Source of the DNA: Eledone cirrhosa
Lineage: Eukaryota
Assembly: GCA_964016885.1 (NCBI GenBank)
Contig: OZ024758.1
Span: 7,440,001-7,504,000, forward strand
DNA length: 64,000 nucleotides
Reading direction: 5' to 3'
The notes beneath the pieces are model-generated. The model did not search any database, was not told the DNA's origin, and saw nothing but the letters and a program-made list of their open reading frames with translations. How positions within the stretch are numbered: the stretch's first letter is position 1; each line of letters starts with the position of its first letter. The translations under genes and the position numbers were made by a program. Positions 40,223-53,749 of the stretch are shown here, piece by piece.

Positions 40223-40521
40223 GAGAAAGTAATGTGTGATTAAGAAGACTATTTTGCAGTAGGTTACAAAGGAAGGAAATGTGTTAGAAATTCAATAAAC
40301 AAGTGAACCTGATGGAAAGATAATTTCAAAATCATATTTATACAAATGGATGCCATGGTAGATCTTAAAGACTACTAATGTACCACCACGACGACTAATT
40401 TTGGTTTGGGAAATAATCTTGTTAACATAAAATACGACAAAATGCACAAAAACCTTTTCAGACAAAGGACCAGTAATTTGGTAATATATTTTTTTTTCTC
40501 AGCTCACGTCAGTACATTTAA

Positions 40522-41127
40522 CCCTTTAACATTTAAACCGGCTATATCCAGCCAGAATTCTATCCCTCCTTTCTGTTCAAACCGGTCATAACTGGCCACT
40601 CATACTGATGTTAAAGTATTATTCTCAAAATAAATAATATCAAATCTCGTAGATTCGATAGTATGTGAGATAATTATGTGAGATAAAGCCTTTTCTGTGA
40701 AAATACAATCTTTATATATATAAAAGCGAGGATGTGTGTGTGTGTCTGTGTACAACTTTGCATACTTAAGGCTTTTACAATTACCAACTGAATTTGACCA
40801 AATTTTCTGTGCACGTTGCACAGGTCGCTAAGATTGTCACATCACAAACATTTTTTCAAATCGACCAACGTTGAGCAATAAAAAATCGATATCAAAATTA
40901 TCGGTAGCAAAATTGATGTAAGGGAGATAACCAACTTTATTGACAATCCTTATAAAAAAGGGAGATAACCAACTTTATTGACAGAAATATAAACATCAGA
41001 TTCATTTGAAGATAAATCACTAATATTATCGTTTGATTCTTGTTTATCCTTTGTTGCATTTCAAACCCCGGGCAACGCCGGGTAAATCTGCTAGTAGTAA
41101 ATATAGAGTAATGTGAATGCTAAAAGA
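40522..41127. mobile_element. piggyBac-like MITE interrupted by a Helitron
   Basis: TTAA-ccctttaacattt ... aatgctaaaaga-TTAA; colinear with 20684-20907 once 40709-41094 is removed. Confidence 0.8.
40709..41094 (+). mobile_element. Non-autonomous Helitron
   Basis: Starts TC(tttatatatataaaag), ends CTAG, has the subterminal GC hairpin cccgggcaacgccggg, and sits between A and T with no TSD. The empty site is visible in the paralogous MITE at ~20720. Confidence 0.9.
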
Positions 41128-41137
41128 TTAATCAATA

Positions 41138-41362
41138 CGAGGCTAGGCTGGGAAGTTCATAGGCTGAAACGTTCAGAGGTTGAAAAGTTCAGAGGTTGAC
41201 CAAGAGACTCTCATGGAATGACCAAATCAAGTTTATTTCTCAACATAGTCCCTGGAAAGAAACAATGCAGTTATTAATTAGAAGAGTTGAAATTAATGTA
41301 TGTAAGATTACACAGCTCTAGCATCACTCCTTCATAGTCAGCCTTGGAACTTTTCAACCTCG
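41138..41362 (+). mobile_element. Mariner-like MITE
   Basis: TA-cgagg...aagttc...gaacttttcaacctcg-TA. Confidence 0.8.
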
Positions 41363-41399
41363 TATATATATATATGTGTGTGTGCGTGTGTATGTGTGT

Positions 41400-41493
41400 G
41401 TGGTGATGATGATGATGCTGCTGATGGTGATGGTGATGGTGATGATGGTGATGGTGATGGTAATGATGGTGGTGGTGGTGATGATGATGATAG

Positions 41494-41524
<31 letters not shown>

Positions 41525-41548
41525 GGTGATGATGATGATGATGATGAT
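41400..41548. repeat. (GAT/GGT)n microsatellite
   Basis: Direct reading. Confidence 0.9.
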
Positions 41549-42298
41549 TATCAAATATTTTGCACAGAAATAAAGAATTTTAAAAATTCACTTAACATAA
41601 AAATATATTTTAAACACATTTTATTCTAACTTTTCCATGATATCAAAGAATATTTTTTTCATGGGGAGATGATATTAAATAAATGAATGTAAGTAAATTC
41701 TAGAATTTATTAAACAAAGTTTCAGCTTCAATATAAAATTAAACAACTATCTACTTATGAATGAAAACTAACAAAATGAAGAATGCAGTGGGACTATTGA
41801 GTTTTTCCTATACTGTGAAGCACGGGATTGTTTGCTACCATGTAGCAGCACATCAGAAAGAAACAGAATAATTTATAATCTAAAGTTTTATTTGACAACC
41901 AGTCAGTTCTCTTAATTATTTTTTTAAGAATGCCAAAGTAGAGAATACACATACACATGTGTATGTATTTATGTATGTAAGCATGTATGCATGTATGTAT
42001 GTATGTATGTATTTATATATGTAAGCATGTATGCATGTATGTATGTATTTATGTATTTATATATGTAAGCATGTATGCGTGTATGTATGTATTTATATAT
42101 GTAAGCATGTATGCATGTATGTATGTATTTATGTATGTAAGCATGTATGCATGTATGTATGTATTTATATATGTAAGCATGTATGCATGTATGTATGTAT
42201 TTATGTATGTATGTATTTATGTATGTATTTATGTATGTATTTATGTGTGTATGTATGTGTGTATGTGTATGTATGCATCGCTCTATCTCTCTCTCTCA

Positions 42299-42379
<81 letters not shown>

Positions 42380-42516
42380 TAGATATATAGATAGATATTG
42401 ATATATATATATATATACATATATATATATGAACAGTTTAACTTAAGTCATTTTCTTTTTCTCTTTTGGATATATATATATGTATATATGTGTCTGTGTG
42501 TGTGTGTGTGTGTGTA

Positions 42517-42916
42517 CAGGTTAATAGAAAAAAAACACGTGACATTTGCTGATATTCAATAATTCATTCATAAAATATTGAAAAAATTACACGTGTTTCA
42601 GTACGTTACGCAACTGGCCTAAGAAGTCTACATTATTCTACACTATTCTACATTATTCTACACGTCCCTTTATGATCTGAGTTCAAATCCTGCCTAGGTT
42701 AACTTTGCCTTTCATCCTTACGGGGTCGATAAAATAAAGTACCAGTAATGTACTGGGTAGTTGCTGGCCTTGTGCCTAAAATAGAAACAATTATTCTACA
42801 CTATTCGATTGTATTCAACGTATCTCTTCAGAAAAAAATCCAGGGTAAGACTTCCCAGCATTCAATAAATGAATCATTGAATATCAGCAAATGTGCCATG
42901 TGTTTCTATTAACCAG
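42517..42916. mobile_element. Tc1/mariner-type MITE with long imperfect TIRs and a nested SINE
   Basis: TA-caggttaatagaaa...acatttgctgatattcaat / attgaatatcagcaaatgt...tttctattaaccag-TA. Confidence 0.75.
42662..42792 (+). mobile_element. 5'-truncated SINE family 1 inside the MITE
   Basis: Match to the reference copy; attattctacac occurs on both flanks (TSD-like). Confidence 0.85.
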
Positions 42917-43045
42917 TATATTTAAAACTCCGTGGATTACCCATATTGATTTGCTAAAACAACTGATATTAACTAAGTATTAGTGGTAAACAGTTCAATT
43001 AACTACTTCGATCACAACGAAACCGTTAAGTTGCCTTGTCCTTTT

Positions 43046-43084
<39 letters not shown>

Positions 43085-43601
43085 TTGTCAACTGGAATTA
43101 TATAATAATGCTTGTAACTCCTTTTAATCTATGCTGAAAACACCAATTAAGTTCTATAAAACATATGATTGCTTCAACATATGGATTGGTTAGTATTAAT
43201 GAATGCTATCTCTAATTCATGCACTGTACATGGTTTAGCAATAGCTCTAACTATATTACAACAGAGTTGTAAACTTTTTACAAAGATATGTTACAAATAT
43301 GGTTTCTTTATCAGCCACACAGGGCTAATCTTTAAAATATTGGGTCATTAAGTATAAAATTTGTAGAAATTTGTTTTTTTTTCTACAAATTTCTACAAAT
43401 TTCATACTTGACGAGCTAATACAAATATAAAAGTACATGTAGATCTTGTAGACGTGTTGACATATTGTTGATATATTTGAAACGACAATATTTAAACTAA
43501 GAGAGAAAGAATGTTACAACGGAAATATCGAAAGTCGCAGGAAAGGAGATACGAATATATTCGAAAGTTCAAACCAGACCAAACAAATTTTCTTCTAAAA
43601 G

Positions 43602-44258
43602 AGTAACTACTAGTGTTATCAGAAGTCATTGAATTTGCTTTACTATTCTGTGGAAGGAAATACTCATAGTTAGTAACTACTAGTGTTATCAGAAGTCATT
43701 GAATTTGCTTTACTATTCTGTGGAAGGAAATACTCATAGTTAGTAACTACTAGTGTTATCAGAAGTCATTGAATTTGCTTTACTATTCTGTGGAAGGAAA
43801 TACTCATAGTTAGTAACTACTAGTGTTATCAGAAGTCATTGAATTTGCTTTACTATTCTGTGGAAGGAAATACTCATAGTTAGTAACTACTAGTGTTATC
43901 AGAAGTCATTGAATTTGATTTACTATTCTGTGGAAGGAAATACTCATAGTTAGTAACTACTAGTGTTATCAGAAGTCATTGAATTTGCTTTACTATTCTG
44001 TGGAAGGAAATACTCATAGTTAGTAACTACTAGTGTTATCAGAAGTCATTGAATTTGATTTACTATTCTGTGGAAGGAAATACTCATAGTTAGTAACTAC
44101 TAGTGTTATCAGAAGTCATTGAATTTGATTTACTATTCTGTGGAAGGAAATACTCATAGTTAGTAACTACTAGTGTTATCAGAAGTCATTGAATTTGCTT
44201 TACTATTCTGTGGAAGGAAATACTCATAGTCAGCAACTACTAGTGTTATCAGAAGTCA
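43602..44258. repeat. 70-bp tandem repeat, ~9.4 near-identical copies
   Basis: Unit agtaactactagtgttatcagaagtcattgaatttg(c/a)tttactattctgtggaaggaaatactcatagtt. Confidence 0.97.
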
Positions 44259-44283
44259 ATTTAAGAATTTATAAATGTCCATA

Positions 44284-44341
<58 letters not shown>

Positions 44342-44540
44342 TGGACATTTATAAATTCTTAAATTTATAAATTTAATTTATAATAAATTGGAGTGAATGC
44401 AAATGGTGCGTGTGTTTCTTATTGGCAACATGACCCTCCCAAAGCATAACAATATCGGTCTCAACACACGTTTTCAGATAAAGAATCTTGCTAAACAAAT
44501 TCAGAAACGAAATATATATATATATATATATTTATATATG

Positions 44541-44731
44541 CCTCGGGTTCAATCGGGGGAAGTCACGGGTAATAAGGTATTCAATACACTAGTAGAGTGA
44601 AAGCATCAAGTTTGATATAGAAATAGTTTCTACAGAACTAAATTTGTTTCATTCGATCAGGAACCCTTTCCTGATGATTTCTTTTGAAAGAAACAGTTCT
44701 AGTCCTGTAGAAACCAGTTCTATATTGAACT
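44541..44731 (-). mobile_element. Older family A element with diverged arms
   Basis: taaggtattcaatacactagtagagt is the reverse complement of the family A tail; arms agtttgatatagaa...tttctacag / ctgtagaaa...ttctatattgaact. Confidence 0.7.
44667..44713 (+). ncRNA. Type I hammerhead ribozyme (family A)
   Basis: tttc-CTGATGA-tttc tttt gaaa-GAA-ACAG ttctagtc CTGT-A-gaaa. Confidence 0.75.
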
Positions 44732-44838
44732 CGAGATATATATATATGTGTGTGTGTGTGTATGTATATATATATATATACACTATATATATATACTATT
44801 TCGGCTGCTACACACACAGACACCCAACACACACAGAC

Positions 44839-44936
<98 letters not shown>

Positions 44937-45307
44937 CCATTTGTAGAAATGTAATGAATATGAAAATTAATTTCAGGAAAAAATAATTATTAAAAAATTA
45001 AACTACAAAATATATATATGTAGTGTATATGAGATGCATAATATAATATATATATATATATAGTGTATATGAGATGTATAATATATAATTTATATAATAG
45101 CTGTATATATATTAATATATATTATAATGTTTAAAGGGAATAAAATATAATGAGATATGTATGATCCAATAGAATGTCTAATGATATAACATCATATAGA
45201 ATACGTAAGATATATGACATATAATATACAATGTGAGATATGTATTGTATATATATACATATATATATATGTGTGTATATATATATATATGTATGTATGT
45301 ATATATA

Positions 45308-45604
45308 TGGTTGCTGCCAACTCGTTTTCGAGTACGGCCACTACTTTATATCCATGTAGGAGAACCCCTACCGATGCGCTGAACGAGTGTGACTTTTTAG
45401 TCCAGCCAGCGACTTGAAAACTCTGGCACAAACACTACACTTGTGACAATTATTGACACATATTGCTGAGCCCATGGTACCATGTGACGACAAGTGCAGA
45501 GAGATCTTCAGATATAAAGCAATGCCCGTGCCGTGAAGCTTTTATAGTGAGCAAAGGCACTGCACAAAGCCAGTCCCACTCTCTTAACCAAGATGATATT
45601 TACC
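45308..45604 (-). mobile_element. RTE-like LINE 3' end with a C2H2 finger (second copy)
   Basis: Reverse complement of 12581-12876 with few substitutions. Confidence 0.75.
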
Positions 45605-45760
45605 AAAAAGAAGAACAAGTCAACATCATTGGATACCATCAGGGTTGCAGGTGTTATATCAGAGTTTTCCTTCTCCTAGAATTCTGCCTTGGCAAAGGCT
45701 AAGGGGTCATCTCTCCCGGTGATTTTGGCTGGCCATTGACTCTTAAGAGCTCCTTTGCCC

Positions 45761-45848
<88 letters not shown>

Positions 45849-46247
45849 CCATATCCATGCATACATATATATATATAAATACACACGCACGCACATACAC
45901 ACACGCACACACACACACACATTCCAGTATGCAATCATACATGATATACATATATATAAAAATTAAGAATATGATAGAAATGATATAGATATCATAAATA
46001 ATATTTTATGATATAATATAATATAATGTAATATAATATAATGTAATATAGTATAATTTGATATAATATAATATAATATAATATAATATAATATAATATA
46101 ATATATAATCTGATATGATATAATACACGGCAATATAATGCAATATAACATGAAGTATAATGTAATGCAAACAAGTTTGCATATGATGTAATAAAGAAAT
46201 GTCTCCCAATATAATGATATGATATCAAAAAACGTATGTAATAAAAG

Positions 46248-46292
<45 letters not shown>

Positions 46293-46298
<6 letters not shown>

Positions 46299-46411
46299 AA
46301 CAGAAATAACAACACGATCGGTACAGTATGTGGAAGGGATATATTAGGTTAACGCTTGATATAGCAGGAAGAGGGTCTTAACGTTTCGGGCGCTAATCCT
46401 TCATCAGAAGA
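46293..46411 (-). mobile_element. Family C Penelope-like terminus with a minimal hammerhead (46376-46411)
   Basis: tctt-CTGATGA-agg attagcgc cc-GAAA-CGT-T-aaga with palindromic AACGTT; the tail ends at (TA)n. Confidence 0.65.
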
Positions 46412-46699
46412 AAGAATGAGAAATAAAATAGATTGTGGGGACGGGCGGGATGGAATTGGAAAAAATGTCTTTAGATAAAAATAATAGGCCCATTCTTGTT
46501 GACACCTCTTATGGAGACAATGCAGGCTTTGTTTACAAACAGCTAGCGAATTTGAAAATTAGGTAGTAACATGTGCTTACGCCGTATTTGACTAAATAGA
46601 ATTAGTCTGTTAGTTGGGATTTTAAAAAACCCTCTGAATAGTAAAAAGGATGAGTATTGATGTTCATGGGACAGAAACCCATACCTTTGGTTTGCCGCA

Positions 46700-46801
46700 C
46701 AACAAGGAACGTGTGGTAAGAAACCAGGTGGACCATAACTCACCAGAGTACTCAATACTTCGGGTAGTAGAGTGGGTAATAGGAAAAGAATGACTCTTTT
46801 C

Positions 46802-46803
<2 letters not shown>
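46700..46803 (-). mobile_element. Family B tail with a collapsed palindrome
   Basis: tgtggtaagaaaccaggtggaccataactcaccagagtactcaatacttcgggtagtagagtggg followed by the hairpin taggaaaaga atgac tcttttccta. Confidence 0.75.
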
Positions 46804-46839
<36 letters not shown>

Positions 46840-46925
46840 ACACACACACACACCACACACACCACACACACATACATACATACACATACATATATACATA
46901 TATGAAGAGATAGAGAGAGGGGAGA

Positions 46926-46991
<66 letters not shown>

Positions 46992-47434
46992 CCAATACTA
47001 TTAGTCTAGTAAACTCACTAAGACATTCTATTGTTGAGATTGTCAGAATCCTTAGAAAGTCATAGAAGATGTTTTTACCACATTTAGTTTCTTCTTCCTA
47101 TATTGTAATTTTCAAATCTGGCCGAGGTGGACGTTGCTTCTCATCATGTTGGGGCCCCTTAAAACAAAGCAGCGTTTTATTCAATTATAGCCGCTCCTCC
47201 AATTCGTGGCCTTCTGCCAAGTTTAAAAATCAATATCGCTGTGATCATGCGCACATGTGTACATTGGAGGTTAAGATAGCAATCCATAATAAACTTCTAG
47301 TGCCTTCGACTATCGTTGTAGGTACAAGGATCTATGGAATAGTAGAGAATTGGTTTTGATTTGCCTGCAGGAGTTTGAAAGAGTAAATTGTAGACTGGTC
47401 TTATTGTATGGTAGAAATATATGATGTAAATTAT

Positions 47435-47815
47435 AATTGTTTCTACTTTTGGCACAAGGCCAGCAATTACCCAGTGCATTACTGGTACTTTATTTTATCG
47501 ACCCCGTAAGGATGAAAGGCAAAGTTGACCTCGGCGGGATTTGAACTCAGACCGTAAAGGGACGTAACTATGCTGGAAAGCATGGCGTCCGACCCTCTAC
47601 CGATACTGCCAATTCATCCGTTAAATAATTGTTTCTACTTTTGGCACAAGGCTAGCAATTACCTCAGTGCATTACTGGTACTTTATTTTATCGACCCCCG
47701 TAAGGATGAAAGGCAAAGTTAACCTCGGCGGGATTTGAACTCAGAATGGCAAGGGCCGTAACTCTATGCATCAAAGCATGGCGTCCGACCCTCTACCGAT
47801 ACTGCCAATCCACTC
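47435..47815 (-). mobile_element. Two tandem full-length SINE family 1 copies
   Basis: Matches at ~47435-47620 and ~47626-47815. Confidence 0.9.
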
Positions 47816-48096
47816 ACCATTGTAAAGTATAATATTAGACGGCTAGGGGTGATAGAGAGGAGAGATAGAGAGGGGAGAGAGAGGAGAGAGATAGAGAGGG
47901 GGTTGGAGAAAGAAGGAAAAAGAGAAAGAATGGGGAAAATATAGGAAAAAAGAAAGAAAGGAAGGCGAGATATTCGATTAGCAGGTGTCGCGTTGGAGTG
48001 TCTTGGAAAGTAATATTGACAACAGATGTGGGTATAACTGTAGGGTATAACTGTAAGTTATTGTATTGAGGTAACATATAATATATCTCACATAGT

Positions 48097-48241
48097 GTAG
48101 TGGTGGTGGTGGTGGTGGTGGTGGTGGTGGTGGTGGTAGTGGTGGTGGTGGTGGTAGTAGTAGTGGTGGTAGTGGTGGTGGTGGTGGTAGTGGTGGTGGT
48201 GGTAGTAGTAGTGGTAGTAGTAGTAGTAGTGGTGGTAGCAT

Positions 48242-48274
<33 letters not shown>

Positions 48275-48525
48275 TGGTGGTGGTAGTCGTAGTAGTAGTA
48301 GTGATGGTGGTGGTGGTGGTAGTCGTAGTAGTGGTGGTGGTAGTGGTGGTGGTGGTGGTAGTGGTGGTGGTGGTAGTAGTAGTGGTAGTAGTAGTAGTAG
48401 TGGTGGTAGCATTAGTAGTAGTAGTAGTAGTGGTAGTGGTGGTGGTAGTCGTAGTAGTAGTAGTGATGGTGGTGGTGGTGGTAGTCGTAGTAGTGGTGGT
48501 GGTGGTAGTAGTAGTAGTAGTGGTG

Positions 48526-48578
<53 letters not shown>

Positions 48579-48640
48579 AGCATTAGTAGTAGTAGTAGTG
48601 GTAGTGGTGGTGGTAGTAGTAGTAGTAGTGGTGGTAGCAT

Positions 48641-48677
<37 letters not shown>

Positions 48678-48761
48678 GGCGGTAGCAGTAGTAGTAGTGG
48701 TGGTGGTAGCAGTAGTAGTAGTAGTAGTAGTAGCAGTAGTAGCAGTAGTAGTAGTAGTAGC

Positions 48762-48796
<35 letters not shown>

Positions 48797-48850
48797 CAGT
48801 AGTAGTAGTAGTAGTAGTAGCAGCAGCAGTAGTAGTCATCATCATCATCG
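48097..48850. repeat. (GTA/GTG)n trinucleotide array with higher-order duplications
   Basis: Direct reading; recurring gtagcatta and gtcgta...gtgatg landmarks. Confidence 0.9.
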
Positions 48851-49119
48851 TTGTCACCAGTAACAACACCAGTTGCCTTATGATTAACAACAAACCAATG
48901 AGAGAGCCTCTTACATGGTCACTATACTTGCTAGAAATAGCTGCTAAAAAGCCCTTAAATCCCACGTTTAAAAGGAGTAGAATGTATAGGACAGTGTATC
49001 TCTGGATGAACAATGCATAAAAACCGACCAGATGGTCACGGCTGGAACAAATTGGCTCAATAAAATCTGTTCTGGTATTAAACAACACCATCGGGGTTAA
49101 TAAAGTCATGTTAACTCTC

Positions 49120-49765
49120 CGATAAAATAAAGTACCAGTAATACACTGGGGTAATTGTTGGCCTTGTGCCAAAAGTAGAAACAATTATTTGGATTGGCAG
49201 TATCGGTAGAGCGCCGGACACCAAGCTTTGCGGCATAGAGTTACGGTCCTTTACGTTCTGAGTTCAAATCCCGTCGATGTTAACTTTGCCTTTCATCCAT
49301 ACGGGGGTAGATAAAATAAAGTACCAGTAATGTACTGCGGAATGATTTCTGATTTAAACACAAGGCTAGCAATTTTTTTAGAGGAGGGGGAAAGTCGAGT
49401 CAATCGACCCCAGTACATTACTAGTACTTTATTTTATCAAACCCCGTAAGGATGAAAGGCAAAGTCAACCTCGGCGGGATTTGGACTCAGAACGTAAAGG
49501 AATTTAACTCTCTGCTACAAAGCTAGGTGCCTAACGCTCTACCGATTCTGCCAATCTACCACCTTGACCTCCCGACATAATTGTTTCTACTTTTGGCACA
49601 AGGCCAGCAATTACCCAGTAGATTACTGGTACTTTATTTTATCGACCCCGTAAGGATGAAAGGCAAGGTTAACCTCGGCGGGATTTGAACTCAGAATGGC
49701 AAGGGCCGTAACTCTATACGTCAAAGCATGGCGTCCGACCCTCTACCGATACTGCCAATTCACCG
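49120..49765. mobile_element. Cluster of four SINE family 1 pieces (+,+,-,-)
   Basis: Tail 49120-49187 (+), 49190-49340 (+), 49342-49562 (-), 49579-49765 (-). Confidence 0.85.
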
Positions 49766-50367
49766 ACATAATGAAAGGCAGAATCAATCCCAGTGATATT
49801 TGAACATGAAATGTAAAGATTTGTAACTAAATAGGTAAGGTATTTTGTTCGTGTTCTATTGATATCCACGATAGTAATATTCAAAACTAATGTAATAAAA
49901 TGTTCTTTTAGTGGATTGAGGTCGTTGAATAATCTCTCTGGAGAATTTCTGGTCAATGTTTCCTAAACATTTTAGCAGTGGTATCTGGGTTGAGATTGTA
50001 ATATGTTCCTATATTCATTGAACAAAAAGACTGATACTGCTTCCATGATACTGCTTCCACTCAACTATCAGAACTCATTATAAGCAATTATTCTGAGTGA
50101 ATGTGAAAATATAACGATATGTTTGTCAAGTCCGACGAAAGATTTCCTCTGTCAGAAACATAATATACTGATACATTGTATATCGGATATATAAAATTTT
50201 AGTGCGGAAATGTTACTTTGCTTGCATTCATAGAGAATAGGTTTGAAAAGAGAGGTAAATGAAACGTATTTTAAAACCTTCTCGCATCAATAGATTCAGC
50301 CCTTATCTATTTTAAAACGGGTACCTTTTCATACTATCCAAATAAAAGAGTATGTGAATGCAATCCT

Positions 50368-50437
<70 letters not shown>

Positions 50438-50852
50438 TACACCACCTTTTTGCTTTCATTTATAATTTCAAAAGAATAAAGCCAATAGCTTGTGTTATTT
50501 TAATTGAAACATTCGTTGATAGTCGGGCATGAAATAATTGGTGTCTGATATATTTGGAGTAATAAAGATATGTTGCTTGTAACGTTCAGATATTTAATAA
50601 TTGGCGTCGTGGTGGTTATAAAATTATACAACCACACAAAAATTAATGGGGAAACTGTCATGGAATGAGAAAATAAAAACATAAGCTGATTGTCTTCTCG
50701 GGAATATTTGAGAGAATATATATATAGATATATTTCTAAGAAAGCCACAATAAATACACAATAATGGGAGGAATTATCTGTAGTAGCTTTGTATAGAACA
50801 CAATAGTGTAAAGCAAGTTTGGAGAGAATATTTTTTACGGTGTCAGGAACTG

Positions 50853-51420
50853 AAGCGACGAGTTGGTAAAGTGTTAGAATGTCGGATACAATGCTTTGCA
50901 GTGTTCGCTTTTACTCTTTGCTCTCTGAGTTCAAATCTCGCCGAGGTAAAGTTTGCCTTTCATCCATTTAAGGTCGATAAGATATAGTACCAGCCTAGTT
51001 GTAGGGTCGATTCTTCCTCTATATCTCATTCTCACTTCCTTTCTCTCGTTCTGTATCCTTTTCTGGAAGAAATCTGCTGGAGAAGAAATGGGCTCCGCTT
51101 GGTTTAAAAAATGCTCTAGAAACGCTGAATGTCAATATCGCGTCCCTACGACTCCCTCAAGAGTTATGGGTCCGTACACACATACACCAGGAACTGGCTT
51201 AGTTGATTATTACTTACACGAGTCCACGGGGAAGCCTCTGTGTTGCCGCTCGATCTGCTAGAAGCAGCACCCATACCTCCTCATATTATACTTATCTGTC
51301 TTTAAAAATATGTAAGGATACATTTATAATAGAGTTCTAAATAGACAATGCCTTGATGGTCACTGCCAGAATGACTTTGATCATAGATCTACTGGATAAG
51401 AACTTACCTTGGGTTAAACA
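50853..51420 (+). mobile_element. SINE family 1 head/core with a long alternative 3' region
   Basis: B-box gagttcaaatctc plus core, then ...gaaatctgctg...atgggctccgc...ggtttaaaaaatgctctagaaac, shared with 54700-54980 (-) and 21720-21915. Confidence 0.6.
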
Positions 51421-51903
51421 ACTGCAGCAACTTCCATTTTATCTATTATTAGAGATTTCGGAAGTATATAGCTCTGATGTCTGCACATTTCTCTATCTAA
51501 AGTGAACTGTGATATATAAAGAATAAAAACAAAAAGTCTGTCCTTGGCTAGAATCAAAGTTGGCTTCAATAGTCTTAGAAATAAAGATAATGGAATCTAA
51601 AGCAGTGGAGCTTGAAGAATATTACAACTGGGTGATTAGTGAGTAAAGATGGTTTCCAAAATAACTTGGTTGCAAAAGACACACACTCACACATACATAC
51701 ATATATACATACATATATACATACATACATACATATATACATACATACATATATACATACATACATACATACATTTATACATACATACATACATGCACAC
51801 ATATACACATACATACATGCATATATACATACATACATAATACATACATGCATATATACATACATACATAATATATATTTATATACGTGTGTGTGTATGT
51901 ATA

Positions 51904-51934
<31 letters not shown>

Positions 51935-52032
51935 GTTTATATGTATATTTATATATACATGTATATATGTATAAGTATGTGTATGTATATATATATATGT
52001 ACGTATATATATATATATATATATATATATGC

Positions 52033-52085
<53 letters not shown>

Positions 52086-53532
52086 TGTATATATATATAT
52101 GTATGTGTGTGTGTGTACTGTAATCAGATCAGCAATTTAGGCAATAGCTTGGTCAGTAAAAATTCTAATGAGAATAACTTAGTTATAATAGATTGCTGCG
52201 GGTTTCGAAATCACAAACCCAACTTTGCTAATGACTGCACGACTTCTGGTTTGCTACAGATATTAAATTGTCTTGATTGGAAGAATTCGTGAGTAAACGA
52301 ATCCGTAAAATATTTACTGAACAACTACATATCGGTGAAAATTGAATAAACCCAAACACTAGCACGGAAGTTCTTAAGAAGAAAATATAGCATTGAAATT
52401 ATTCTGAGCAGAACAATTGCTTTGGGCAAGGTTTTTTTTTTTTTTCTTTTTTTTTTTTTTCTTTGGCCAGAATTAGATATTACTGAACTGAAAATATATT
52501 GAAAAAAGGACGGGGAAGAAACTAGAGAACTAACCGAAACAGATAGAGTACTCGGGTAAAGACGAATTGATTAAATTAAAGGAAAAGATGGAACAGAGGA
52601 CGAAGGATAGAAATGGGAATGAAGGTTGGGAGAAAGAAAGAGAGAAGGGAAAAAGGAGTTGTGTTAAGAAGACTAAAAGGCAGGCAACAATAAATGAAAG
52701 AATTTTTGGCAAGTCTGACCAACGAGCAAATTGAAGTGGGAGGGCGATTGTAATATTTTCGCAATTAGTAAGATCAATATCACCATAGCAACGGATGATT
52801 GTGGTGTTGTGGGAATAAATGCAGCCGGCATGATGATCAAGATCAGTATTTTGGACATAATTGTTAACCTTAATTGGTTTTGTGAGACTTCAAACCGTAG
52901 TATAAACTAACTACTTTCTGCCCAATAAAACTATGTAGCTTGATGTAGTTATGTAATTCCCACCAGTTCTGTGTATGTTACATGCAGAATTTGGCATCGC
53001 CACTAAATCACTCTAAATTTTAAATCATTCTAAATTCTTTCTTTATATTATTAATATTTTCTTCTGTCAAAACTTCGATCTCATCTAATCGCCTGCTTAC
53101 TTCATCTCACACACGCCATTCTCTCTTTATTTAACAAATATTCTGCTTCCCGCCACATTGTACTTTTATTATTATTGTTGTTGTTTGGTAATTTTCTTTT
53201 TGTTTCCTTTCACTCGACTTTTAATCATCTTCGGTTTTTATAGTAACTATAAAAAGACATGAATCTTTCTTTCGACCAAAACAGAATAAATGTAACTGAA
53301 CTCTTGAACTCTTTGTGTGTATGTTTGTATGATAGAAAGAGAGATGGAGGAAGAGAGAAGGGGAGAGGAAGAGAGGAAGGAAGGAAGGGAGTAAGAGAGG
53401 GAGAGGGAGGGGGAATGAAGTAAGGGAGAGAAAGAGATAGAGAAATTATGTATTCACAAAAATAGATAGATAAATGGATAAATAGATAGGTAGATAAACC
53501 GAGAGAAAGAGGGAGAGAAGAAAGAAGTAAGA

Positions 53533-53580
<48 letters not shown>

Positions 53581-53692
53581 GTATTTACAAAGATAGAGAG
53601 ACAGAAATTATGTATTCACAAAAATAGATCGATAGATAGATAGATAGATAGATGGATAGATACGATACATAGAGAGAAAGAGAGAGAGAGAG

Positions 53693-53749
<57 letters not shown>

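Noticed and set aside
39786-40243. Poly-His / poly-Pro-Ser ORFs
   Set aside because: Translations of a (CAT/CAC)n microsatellite.
43602-44258. CRISPR array or tandem ribozyme array
   Set aside because: Units are contiguous with no spacers. The minus strand has CTGATAA but no properly placed GAAA or stems.
47835-49184. 449-aa poly-Thr, mucin-like ORF
   Set aside because: It starts inside a SINE tail and is open only because (ACT/ACC)n lacks stops. It ends in CT-rich low-complexity DNA, with no signal peptide or splice evidence.
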